From positions 1-38,345 of the forward strand of contig DIRG01000012.1 of assembly GCA_002427475.1 (NCBI GenBank): 38,345 nucleotides of DNA, in the 5' to 3' direction. Of the stretch, positions 9,153 to 17,928 are shown in pieces; position 1 is the first letter of the stretch, and each line of letters begins with the position of its first letter. Position numbers and translations under genes: made by a program. Source of the DNA: Mageeibacillus sp. UBA5442 (lineage in GTDB: Bacteria; Bacillota; Clostridia; Saccharofermentanales; DTU023). The notes under the pieces were generated by a model that was given only the letters and a program-made list of their open reading frames with translations, made no database searches and had not been told where the DNA came from.

Positions 9153-10115
9153 ATGAATATTGCTAAATTAATGACAGATGGATTGTCTTTTGCGTTACCT
9201 CTCTTCGTCATGGCCATAGGCGGAATCTATTCAGAACGATCAGGCGTAACCATGCTCTCGATTGAAGGCTTCCAAGGATTTGGTGCTTTCACAGGAGCCA
9301 TAACGGTTGTAATCTTGCGAACCTATCTGGGAGTTTCTCCGGATTGGTTGATCTACGTCGCGACCTTAGCCGCGATCTTTGGCGGAATGCTCTTCGGCTT
9401 GCTCAACGCCTTCATGGTAATGAAGTTAAGAGCCAAGATGACCATCGCCGGCGTTGTAATAAACATTCTCGCAGTAGCGCTGACGTCGTTCTTGTCCAGC
9501 GTTATCACCGGAGTTGTGACCGGACAGGCGACGACCAAGATTCAATTGGGCGTTTCACCTCGTTACACCATTCCTTACTTATCCGAGATACCTGTAATTG
9601 GGGGGCTTTTCCAAAACATGTACCCCTTCGCCTTCATCATCCTCGTAGTGGGTGTGATTGCTTGGTATGTCTTGTACAAGACCAGATACGGTCTGCGCTT
9701 GCGCGCCGCCGGTGACAATCCGCACAGTTTGGATGCTGCCGGTGTTGATGTGGAAAAAATCCGCTATTCAGCAGTGATTTTGGCCGGAGGTTTTGCCGGT
9801 CTCGGTGGTATGGCGTTTACCTACACCGTCGCCAATTTCTCGCCCTCAAGTTATGTCGGCTACGGCTATTTGGCGATTGCCGCCTTGATCTTCGGCAACT
9901 GGAATATTGTGACGACATTCTGGACCTCTATGTTCTTCGGTTTCAGCCGTTCCTTTAGTGACCAGCTGGTGAACGAGTTAGGGCTTTCCAGTAATTACTC
10001 CGACCTATTTTCCATAATGCCTTATGTCTTGACTCTGATTGTCTTGATATTTTTCTCAAAATACAACAAACCGCCGCGAGCTCTGGGAGAGCACTTCGAC
10101 AAGGGCAAGCGCTAG
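9153..10115 (+). CDS. ABC transporter permease (NupQ/YufQ-like), system 1
   Basis: Polytopic membrane protein. It aligns visibly with its paralog at 15604-16557 (GLRLRAAGDNP versus GLRLRACGEHP). Confidence 0.85.
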   Translation: MNIAKLMTDGLSFALPLFVMAIGGIYSERSGVTMLSIEGFQGFGAFTGAITVVILRTYLGVSPDWLIYVATLAAIFGGMLFGLLNAFMVMKLRAKMTIAGVVINILAVALTSFLSSVITGVVTGQATTKIQLGVSPRYTIPYLSEIPVIGGLFQNMYPFAFIILVVGVIAWYVLYKTRYGLRLRAAGDNPHSLDAAGVDVEKIRYSAVILAGGFAGLGGMAFTYTVANFSPSSYVGYGYLAIAALIFGNWNIVTTFWTSMFFGFSRSFSDQLVNELGLSSNYSDLFSIMPYVLTLIVLIFFSKYNKPPRALGEHFDKGKR

Positions 10116-10121
10116 AAAGAG

Positions 10122-11372
10122 ATGTCTATGTCCGAAATTCGGGATATTAATTTAAAAAAAGAAGGTTGGCAGCGTATTCACTGGGCGGAGAAGCATATGC
10201 CCATTCTCGCCAGCATTGGTCAGCGATTTGAAGAAGAGCAGCCTTTTGCCGGCATGAACATTGCGTTTGCTTTACATTTGGAGGCCAAATCGGCCGCCTT
10301 GGTCCGCACGATTAAACGAGGCGGAGCTTCGGTGTACGTCAGTGGCTCCAATCCGCAGTCTACGCAAGATTCAGTATGCTCGGCTTTAGTTGATGACGGC
10401 TGTGAGGTTTTTGCCATCCATGGATCCAGCAAAGAGCAAAATACTGAGTTCTGGAAAAAGGTCTTGAGCTCAAAGCCGCATATCGTCATTGACGATGGAG
10501 CGGACTTGATTAACCTGCTTTTAGGTGAACGATCTGAAGACGCCACGAATCTGATCGGTGCCTGTGAAGAAACGACTTCCGGTGTACAACGCTTACGCAT
10601 TTGGAAACGTGAACAGCGCTTGAAGTTTCCCGTCTTTGCCATCAATGACGCCCACAGCAAACACTGGTTCGACAATTATTACGGGACCGGTCAAAGCACG
10701 ATGGACGCCATCATGCGCACGAGCAATTTACTGGTCTCCGGTATGAATGTTGTCATCGCCGGCTATGGCTGGTGCGGTCGCGGTTTAGCCAAGATGGCTG
10801 CAGGCCTCGGAGCGAAAGTGACCGTTACAGAGATTGACCCGATGCAGGCCTTGCTGGCTGTAATGGACGGTTTTGAAGTGACAGACATGGAGACAGCCGC
10901 TAAGAGCGGGGATCTTTTCATCACGGCAACATCTTCGATCAATGTCCTGGCAGAGCGCCACTTCGCGCTTATGAAAGACGGAGCGATCCTCTGTAACGTC
11001 GGCCATTTCAATAATGAAATCGATGTGCCGGCTCTAGAGAAAATGGCCGTCAAAAAAGAAGTGCCCAGAGAGAACATCGATTCCTACATTCTGGAAAACG
11101 GCAACTCTCTGCACCTGATTGCCAAAGCGGCCCTCGTCAACATAGCGGCAGCAGACGGCCATCCGATTGAAATCATGGATATGTCTTTCGCCTTACAGGC
11201 TCTCTGCGCCGAACAACTGGCTTTGAATCCTGATTTAGAAGTCGATGTTTACCGAGTACCGACAGAGATCGACCAAGAAGTCGCTCAATTGAGGCTGAAT
11301 GCCTTGGGTGTTAAACTTGAAATTGAAAGTGAAGAGCAAAGGCTTTATCGCGAACAAGATCTAATTGAATAA
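10122..11372 (+). CDS. ahcY: Adenosylhomocysteinase (S-adenosyl-L-homocysteine hydrolase)
   Basis: 416 aa with an NAD-binding GYGWCGRGLA motif, the CEETTSGV motif and HFNNEID. Confidence 0.9.
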   Translation: MSMSEIRDINLKKEGWQRIHWAEKHMPILASIGQRFEEEQPFAGMNIAFALHLEAKSAALVRTIKRGGASVYVSGSNPQSTQDSVCSALVDDGCEVFAIHGSSKEQNTEFWKKVLSSKPHIVIDDGADLINLLLGERSEDATNLIGACEETTSGVQRLRIWKREQRLKFPVFAINDAHSKHWFDNYYGTGQSTMDAIMRTSNLLVSGMNVVIAGYGWCGRGLAKMAAGLGAKVTVTEIDPMQALLAVMDGFEVTDMETAAKSGDLFITATSSINVLAERHFALMKDGAILCNVGHFNNEIDVPALEKMAVKKEVPRENIDSYILENGNSLHLIAKAALVNIAAADGHPIEIMDMSFALQALCAEQLALNPDLEVDVYRVPTEIDQEVAQLRLNALGVKLEIESEEQRLYREQDLIE

Positions 11373-11407
11373 GAAAGCAAAAGCAAGAGAAAGCGGGGAA
11401 TCACCTT

Positions 11408-12529
11408 ATGTCAGCAGTTGAAGAAACAAGGCCGTATGTGTCTTGGGATCTGATAGGAAAGTTCATGGAGGATGCCTTTGTAGCTTACGGTGTCCCCCGC
11501 GAAGATGCGAAGATCTGCGCAGATGTCTTAATGGAGAGCGATCGTCAGGGCATCGAAAGCCACGGCTGCAATCGTTTCAAACCGGTTTATATTGACCGGA
11601 TTAAAGCAGGCATTTTGAATCCTGTCACCGAATACGAAGTAGTGAAGGAAACCCCAGCGACTTTGGTGGTCGATGCTCATGACGGCATGGGCATGGTAGC
11701 TTCCTACAAAACCATGGAGAGCTTAATTGAAAAAGCTCGCGTCAACGGTATTGCTATGGCCGCAGTCCGCAACAGCTCCCACTACGGAATCGCCGGCTAT
11801 TGGGCCGGAATGGCCGTGAAAGCCGGTATGATCGGAATTACTGGCACCAATGCTCGTGCGAGTATAGCTCCGACCTTTGGCGTCGAAAATATGCTAGGCA
11901 CCAATCCTCTCACCTTCGGCATGCCCACAGATGAAGACTTCCCTTTCATGCTGGACTGTGCGACGAGCATTAGCCAGAGAGGCAAAATTGAAGTTTATGC
12001 CCGTACCGGACAGGAAGCTCCCGCAGGCGTAGTGATCGGGCGCGACGGCTCGGCCCTGACAGACAGCGCGGAAATCCTGAAAGGACTTACCGATGGCACA
12101 GCAGCACTAACGCCACTCGGTGGTATCGGAGAAGAGCTGGGTGGCTATAAAGGCTATGGTTATGCGACTGTAGTCGAGATTCTATCGGCAGCCTTGCAGG
12201 CAGGCAGCTTCTTGAAACTGATTTCTAACGTGGACGAAGAGGGCAACAAGAGGCCCTATCACTTGGGGCACTTTTTCATCGTCATTGACCCGGAGGCTTT
12301 CTGCGGGCTCGAGACTTTTAAGAAAATTGCCGGAAATATCTTACGTGATTTGCGCGCCTCAGAGAAGGCACCCGGAGAAGAACGGATCTATACCGCCGGA
12401 GAGAAAGAATGGCTGGTCCGGCAAGAGCGCAAAGAAAAAGGCGTCCCTATTGGTGAGGCGGTTCAAGCGGAATTAATTGCAGTCAGGGACGAGAAGGATT
12501 TACCATATCGCTTTCCTTTCGAGGACTAA
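11408..12529 (+). CDS. Ldh_2-family NAD(P)H oxidoreductase (type 2 malate/L-lactate/sulfolactate/ureidoglycolate dehydrogenase family)
   Basis: 373 aa. Family-typical segments SDRQGIESHGCNRF, NSSHYGIAGYW and GGYKGYGYA. Confidence 0.75.
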   Translation: MSAVEETRPYVSWDLIGKFMEDAFVAYGVPREDAKICADVLMESDRQGIESHGCNRFKPVYIDRIKAGILNPVTEYEVVKETPATLVVDAHDGMGMVASYKTMESLIEKARVNGIAMAAVRNSSHYGIAGYWAGMAVKAGMIGITGTNARASIAPTFGVENMLGTNPLTFGMPTDEDFPFMLDCATSISQRGKIEVYARTGQEAPAGVVIGRDGSALTDSAEILKGLTDGTAALTPLGGIGEELGGYKGYGYATVVEILSAALQAGSFLKLISNVDEEGNKRPYHLGHFFIVIDPEAFCGLETFKKIAGNILRDLRASEKAPGEERIYTAGEKEWLVRQERKEKGVPIGEAVQAELIAVRDEKDLPYRFPFED

Positions 12530-12569
12530 TTGCCACTAAATAAGCGTTAAAATCTAAGAGTTTGAAAAT

Positions 12570-12609
12570 AAACAGGTTCCTAAAAAAGGGGACCTGTTTT
12601 TCCTTTTTC
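12570..12609 (+). terminator. Rho-independent terminator ending operon 1
   Basis: CAGGTTCC (12573-12580) pairs with GGGACCTG (12589-12596), including one G-U pair. The stem is extended by A/T pairs and followed by TTTTTCCTTTTT. Confidence 0.75.
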
Positions 12610-12654
12610 TTTAGCTTAGACAAGGTGAATGATTAATATTAAAGTTTTGAAAAA

Positions 12655-12682
12655 TTGACGGTCAATGTTAACATGTTATAAT
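12655..12682 (+). promoter_or_regulatory. Sigma-A promoter of nucleoside transporter operon 2 (TTGACG, 16-nt spacer, extended -10 TGtTATAAT)
   Basis: TTGACG at 12655-12660, TG at 12674-12675, TATAAT at 12677-12682. Two perfect palindromes overlap it (see findings). Confidence 0.6.
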
Positions 12683-12843
12683 CAATACAATAATACTGAT
12701 ATTACGATACTCGTTTTAATTTACTCAAATGGAAGGATGCTTTTTCTTAGCACCTTTATATATAAAAATTGCTCTTTCGATCGGGATAAGCCAAATCCCC
12801 GCAGGAGGTCAGGAGGACCCTCCTATGAAAGGATAGCCTAATT

Positions 12844-14376
12844 ATGAGTAAGAACGTCATTGAGATGGATCACATCACCAAGCGTTTCGGTAGTTTTACT
12901 GCTGTTAACGATGTGACCTTTCATCTCCGAAAAGGTGAAATTCACGCCTTGTTGGGCGAGAACGGTGCCGGAAAAACCACTTTAGTAAATGTACTCTTCG
13001 GACTTTATGCCCATGAAGGCGGTACGATTAAAATCAATGGCGAGGAAGCAACTTTAAGCAATCCTAACGACGCCAACGATTATGGTATCGGTATGGTGCA
13101 CCAGCACTTCATGCTCGTGCATAACTTCACTGTTCTGGAAAGTATTATTCTCGGAGATGAACCAAGCAAGGGTGGCATCATTAATATGCGCGAAGCACGG
13201 AAGAAGGTCGTGGATATTTCTGAACGCTACAAACTGGCTATTGATCCCGATGCTGAGATTAGCGAGATCACAGTGGGTCAACAGCAACGAGTAGAAATAC
13301 TCAAAATGCTCTTCCGCGATAACGAAATTCTTATTTTTGATGAGCCGACAGCGGTGCTCACCCCTCAAGAAATAGACGACTTGATGAAAATAATGCGTCT
13401 ATTAGCCGATGAGGGCAAATCCATAATTTTTATAACTCATAAGTTAAATGAAATTCAGCAGGTTGCGGATCGCGTCACGATTCTGCGCAAAGGGCAGCAC
13501 GTGGCTACTTTGAATGTCGCAGAAACGACCGCAAGCGAAATGTCGGAGTTGATGGTGGGACGCGCCATTGACTTTCAGATAGAAAAGCGCGATGTGACAC
13601 GAGGAGAGGTAGTTTTCGCTTGTGAAAATATCACGGTGAAGCGTGAGCGCTCGGACAAGAATGCTGTAAACCAAGTTTCCTTAGAAGTTCACGCAGGCGA
13701 AATTGTTGCGATTGCCGGTGTTGACGGTAATGGTCAGTCTGAGCTGGTCTATGCGCTGACCGGGATCACGCCACCGGACGAAGGAAGCATCTACCTCAAA
13801 GGAGTAGACATAAGCAAAACGAGCATTCGAGACCGCACCAAATCCGGCATGGCTCATATTCCGGAGGATAGGCAGCGTTTTGGTTTGATTCTCGACTACA
13901 CGCTAGCGAACAACCTTGTTTTGCAAACCTATTATGAGCCCCGCTTCCAAAACCGAGGCTTTATGCGCTTCAATCAAATCGGTGAATATGCTGATGAATT
14001 GATCGAGCGCTTCGACATCCGTAGCAGTGGCGGTGCGACTAGCATGGCTCGGGCGATGTCCGGCGGCAACCAACAGAAAGCCATTGTGGCTAGAGAGTTG
14101 GATAGAGATGCGGATATAGTCATTGCGGTACAGCCGGTTCGCGGCCTTGACGTAGGCGCTATCGAGTATATCCATAAGCAATTGCTGGAGCAGAGGAATC
14201 AAGGAAAAGGTGTTTTATTGGTGTCGTTCGAGTTGGATGAGGTTATGAATCTTTCCGACAGAATCTTAGTCATGTATGAAGGTGAAATCGTTGCGGATTT
14301 GGATCCGGATCAGACTGACGAACGAGAACTTGGCCTTTATATGGCAGGAAAGAAAAAGGAGGTCGTAAATGTCTGA
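12844..14376 (+). CDS. Nucleoside/sugar ABC transporter ATP-binding protein with duplicated ATPase domains, system 2
   Basis: GENGAGKTT, ILIFDEPT, MSGGNQQKAIVARE. It is colinear with the paralog at 6482-8008. Confidence 0.9.
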   Translation: MSKNVIEMDHITKRFGSFTAVNDVTFHLRKGEIHALLGENGAGKTTLVNVLFGLYAHEGGTIKINGEEATLSNPNDANDYGIGMVHQHFMLVHNFTVLESIILGDEPSKGGIINMREARKKVVDISERYKLAIDPDAEISEITVGQQQRVEILKMLFRDNEILIFDEPTAVLTPQEIDDLMKIMRLLADEGKSIIFITHKLNEIQQVADRVTILRKGQHVATLNVAETTASEMSELMVGRAIDFQIEKRDVTRGEVVFACENITVKRERSDKNAVNQVSLEVHAGEIVAIAGVDGNGQSELVYALTGITPPDEGSIYLKGVDISKTSIRDRTKSGMAHIPEDRQRFGLILDYTLANNLVLQTYYEPRFQNRGFMRFNQIGEYADELIERFDIRSSGGATSMARAMSGGNQQKAIVARELDRDADIVIAVQPVRGLDVGAIEYIHKQLLEQRNQGKGVLLVSFELDEVMNLSDRILVMYEGEIVADLDPDQTDERELGLYMAGKKKEVVNV

Positions 14377-15607
14377 GAGCTCCGGCAATAATAACTTAAA
14401 TAATGCAGTTCCTCCGGAACCTAGTCAGGATGAACTCTTTGAACAAGAAATAGCTTTAGCGGAACCGTCGCGTTTAAAGGGATCTTATAGTTTCTTCTCT
14501 TCAGTGATGGCCATCGTAACGGGACTGCTTGTCGGCCTAATTATTCTTGTAGTTGCGAACCCTTCTCGGGCCGGTATGGGATTGATAACTATTTTGCGTG
14601 GCGGGATTACCGGTAGTGCCACACAATTTGGCCAGTCTATCGCCACTTCAATTCCTATAATCATGACGGGTCTCAGCGTGGCCTTTGCTTATAAGGCGGG
14701 CCTCTTTAATATCGGGGCCTCGGGACAGTTTATGGTCGGCAGCGTCTGTGCCGTCTATGTCGCGATCAAAGGGACGATGATTCCGAGCTCGCTGCTCTGG
14801 CTGGTCTGTATGCTGGCTGCCATAGCCGGTGGAGCTATCTGGGGAGCAGTCCCGGGCATACTTAAGGCTTATTTCAAGGTCAATGAAGTTATTACTTCAA
14901 TTATGATGAACTATATTGGCATGTATCTCGTGAAAATAATTATTGAGCAGACGATCTATGACTCGCGCTATGCCAGAGCACAGACTATTCCTGGCAGAGC
15001 AGAGATACCGACACTTGGGCTTGATGCCCGTTTCCCCGGCACGAACCTGAATATAAGCCTTCTCCTCTGCGCTATTTTCTGTGCGCTGATTTATATCCTT
15101 GCATCACGTACAGTCTTTGGTTACGAATTGACTGCTGTCGGCTTAAACCCGGACGCCTCACGCTATGCCGGAGTTAATTCGCATCGCACAATAATCATTG
15201 CCATGGTCATCGGAGGAGCCTTAGCGGGAATCGGCGGATTCATGATGTATCTCGGCGGAACCGGCGTCTATATGGAAACTAATGAGATCATTTCGCCTCA
15301 GGGATTTAGCGGAATTTCCGTAGCCCTATTAGCGATGAATCATCCCATAGGGGTGTTTTTCTCAGGTCTCTTTATAGGGCATATTACGATCGGTGGAGAA
15401 AACTTGCAGTTGCACGGATATTCAAAAGAGATCATTGACATGATCATCGCAGTAATTATCTACTGTGCAGCCTTTTCACTCATCTTCAAACAGCTTCTAC
15501 ATCGAATCCTGCATGGTGAGGGTAGAAAAGATAGGACTCACAGAGGGCCGGGACCGAAGGGACCGGGACGCTACGCACGGCCTGAAGAAACGGAGGCATC
15601 CTTATGA
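14369..15607 (+). CDS. ABC transporter permease, system 2 (with N- and C-terminal hydrophilic extensions)
   Basis: Polytopic core colinear with 8005-9150. It overlaps the upstream stop by 8 nt. It carries an extra roughly 40-aa N-terminus and a Gly/Pro/Arg-rich tail. Confidence 0.85.
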   Translation: MSESSGNNNLNNAVPPEPSQDELFEQEIALAEPSRLKGSYSFFSSVMAIVTGLLVGLIILVVANPSRAGMGLITILRGGITGSATQFGQSIATSIPIIMTGLSVAFAYKAGLFNIGASGQFMVGSVCAVYVAIKGTMIPSSLLWLVCMLAAIAGGAIWGAVPGILKAYFKVNEVITSIMMNYIGMYLVKIIIEQTIYDSRYARAQTIPGRAEIPTLGLDARFPGTNLNISLLLCAIFCALIYILASRTVFGYELTAVGLNPDASRYAGVNSHRTIIIAMVIGGALAGIGGFMMYLGGTGVYMETNEIISPQGFSGISVALLAMNHPIGVFFSGLFIGHITIGGENLQLHGYSKEIIDMIIAVIIYCAAFSLIFKQLLHRILHGEGRKDRTHRGPGPKGPGRYARPEETEASL

Positions 15608-16557
15608 ATACTATTGCATTTATTGTTCAGCAGACAATGCTCTTCTCCATCCCACTACTTATAGTTGCTTTGGGCGGAATGTACTCAGAACGAAGCGGTG
15701 TAATCAATATCGGTTTGGATGGCGGCATGATTATGGGAGCCTTTACCGGCACCGTCTTTATTAATGCCATGCAAGGCTCGATGTCAGGGCAAGGCTTATA
15801 CGTACTGGCGCTGCTAATAGCAGGGCTGACCGGTTTGATTTTCGTAATCTTCCATGCCTTTGCCTCCATCAATCTCAAGGCGAACCAAGTTATCAGCGGT
15901 ACCGCTATGAATATGTTTGCTCCGGCTTTCGCTGTTTTCGCAGGGAGGCTGATCTTCGGAACGCAGCAAGTACCGTTTAGAGATACCTTCTTTATCCGCA
16001 GCATTCCGCTCTTGGGAGATATACCCATCATCGGACCGCTACTATTTCAGAGATGCTATATTTCGACTTTCATCGGAATTTTCATCTTTTTCGTAGCCTG
16101 GTTTGTAATTCAAAGAACTCCTTTCGGTCTGCGTTTGCGTGCCTGTGGTGAGCATCCCGGCGCGGCAGATACAGTCGGAATAGATGTACAGAAAATGCGC
16201 TGGGCGGGTACATTGATTTCTGGTTTCCTAGCGGGGCTTGGCGGACTGGCCTTTGTTGTCCCCACCTCGACCGAATCTAATGCGACAGTTTATGGATATG
16301 GTTTCTTGGCTTTGGCGGTATTGATTTTCGGTCAGTGGCGCTCATTCAAAATACTGGGAGCCAGCTTTTTCTTTGGCCTTATGAAAACCATAGCCTCAGC
16401 CTACTCCGCAATTCCCGGAATTAAAGAACTGCCCATACCGGCCACGGTTTATAAAATGATTCCTTATCTGGCCACCTTAATCGTCTTGATCTTCATGTCC
16501 AAACGATCACAGGCACCGGCTGCTGAAGGAATCCCCTACGAGAAGACAGGACGCTAA
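15604..16557 (+). CDS. ABC transporter permease, system 2
   Basis: Shares an ATGA overlap with the upstream gene. Polytopic, and a paralog of 9153-10115. Confidence 0.85.
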   Translation: MNTIAFIVQQTMLFSIPLLIVALGGMYSERSGVINIGLDGGMIMGAFTGTVFINAMQGSMSGQGLYVLALLIAGLTGLIFVIFHAFASINLKANQVISGTAMNMFAPAFAVFAGRLIFGTQQVPFRDTFFIRSIPLLGDIPIIGPLLFQRCYISTFIGIFIFFVAWFVIQRTPFGLRLRACGEHPGAADTVGIDVQKMRWAGTLISGFLAGLGGLAFVVPTSTESNATVYGYGFLALAVLIFGQWRSFKILGASFFFGLMKTIASAYSAIPGIKELPIPATVYKMIPYLATLIVLIFMSKRSQAPAAEGIPYEKTGR

Positions 16558-17882
16558 TGAGAATTTACGACCTAATTAAGAAGAAACGCGATGGCGGCGA
16601 ACATAGCAAAGAAGAACTGCGCTACATAATTGATGCCTATGTCGGCGATGAAATCCCTGACTATCAGATAGCGGCCTGGTTAATGGCTGTATATTTCCGC
16701 GGCATGAGCAAAGAGGAGACACTTGATTTTACTCAGGCTCTGGTCTTGTCCGGGGATCAGGTTGATTTATCCGCCATTGAGGGCATCAAAGTAGATAAGC
16801 ATTCCACCGGAGGAGTTGGTGATAAGACATCGCTGATCGTGGGGCCTATTGTTGCCGCTTGTGGAATGAAGGTAGCGAAAATGAGCGGTCGCGGACTTGG
16901 GCATACCGGAGGAACTCTAGATAAGTTGGAAGCGATTCCCGGACTTAAGACCGAACTGACAGATGAAGAATTCATCGAGCAGGTCCGAGACATCAGCATC
17001 GCGATTATAGGACAGACGGGGGACTTGGCTCCGGGGGACAAAAAGCTTTACGCCTTACGTGACGTGACCGCCACCGTGGATTCATTACCCTTGATCGCAG
17101 GTTCAATTATGAGTAAAAAGCTAGCCGCAGGCAGTGAGGCTATCATTCTTGATGTTAAATGCGGTAGCGGAGCTTTTATGAAGGAAGAGGCAGACGCAAT
17201 AGAGCTGGCACAGCTGATGGTCGATATCGGTGAAGGCGCCGGTCGTCGTACTGCTGCATTAGTCACGGATATGGACCGACCTCTAGGTCAGTGCATCGGC
17301 AATGCTATTGAAATTCTTGAAGTTATTGAGGTTTTAAAGGGAGGTGGTGCGGAAGATTTGAGGGAGCTCTGTCTGGAACTGAGCTCGAACTTACTGGCAT
17401 TGGCTGTAGCTGATCCCGAGCAAGATTACAGGGCGCTCGCTGAAGACGCTCTCGCATCCGGGAAGGCGCTGCAGTCGTTTGCTCAGATGATTGCAGCTCA
17501 AGGTGGAGATCCCGCGATTATAGAGGATCCCAGTCTCCTACCACAGCCGAAATACTCGGCGGAACTTATAGCATCACAAGAGGGCTGGATCAGCTCCATG
17601 GACACGGAGGCCTGCGGCATCGCATCGTCGATGCTGGGAGCAGGTCGCCTGAAGATGGATGATCAGATACAGCCTGCCGCAGGAATAAGACTTCACCGTC
17701 GCAGCGGTGAAAAGGTAGAAAAGGGTGAAATCCTCGCTGAGCTCTATACGGACGATGAGACACTTCTGTCCGCTGCAATGACAAAACTGAACTCGGCGTA
17801 TGGTTTTTCACAAGAAAAAGTAGAAAGAAAACCACTGATTCTCGCACGAGTGAGAAAAAATGAAGAAAGGTCATACAGCTGA
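16557..17882 (+). CDS. pdp: Pyrimidine-nucleoside (thymidine) phosphorylase
   Basis: 441 aa. Motifs DKHSTGGVGDKTSL and MSGRGLGHTGGTLDKLE. The start overlaps the upstream stop (TAATG). Confidence 0.9.
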   Translation: MRIYDLIKKKRDGGEHSKEELRYIIDAYVGDEIPDYQIAAWLMAVYFRGMSKEETLDFTQALVLSGDQVDLSAIEGIKVDKHSTGGVGDKTSLIVGPIVAACGMKVAKMSGRGLGHTGGTLDKLEAIPGLKTELTDEEFIEQVRDISIAIIGQTGDLAPGDKKLYALRDVTATVDSLPLIAGSIMSKKLAAGSEAIILDVKCGSGAFMKEEADAIELAQLMVDIGEGAGRRTAALVTDMDRPLGQCIGNAIEILEVIEVLKGGGAEDLRELCLELSSNLLALAVADPEQDYRALAEDALASGKALQSFAQMIAAQGGDPAIIEDPSLLPQPKYSAELIASQEGWISSMDTEACGIASSMLGAGRLKMDDQIQPAAGIRLHRRSGEKVEKGEILAELYTDDETLLSAAMTKLNSAYGFSQEKVERKPLILARVRKNEERSYS

Positions 17883-17928
17883 GTGTAGGCGGATAGGCAA
17901 AGCCTACTCTCGGCCTAAGGAGGTAGAA

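Noticed and set aside
10220-10675. 151-aa minus-strand ORF inside ahcY, and similar antisense ORFs at 15627-16031, 25190-25585, 20025-20381 and 36078-36923
   Set aside because: These are shadow ORFs opposite well-supported genes, with no start context or recognisable motifs.
12690-12843. Possible purine, 2'-dG or PRPP riboswitch, or a PyrR site, in the operon-2 leader
   Set aside because: I could not find the conserved cores of any of these classes. Only generic hairpins and SD/anti-SD repeats are visible, so it is reported as an unexplained leader rather than a named riboswitch.
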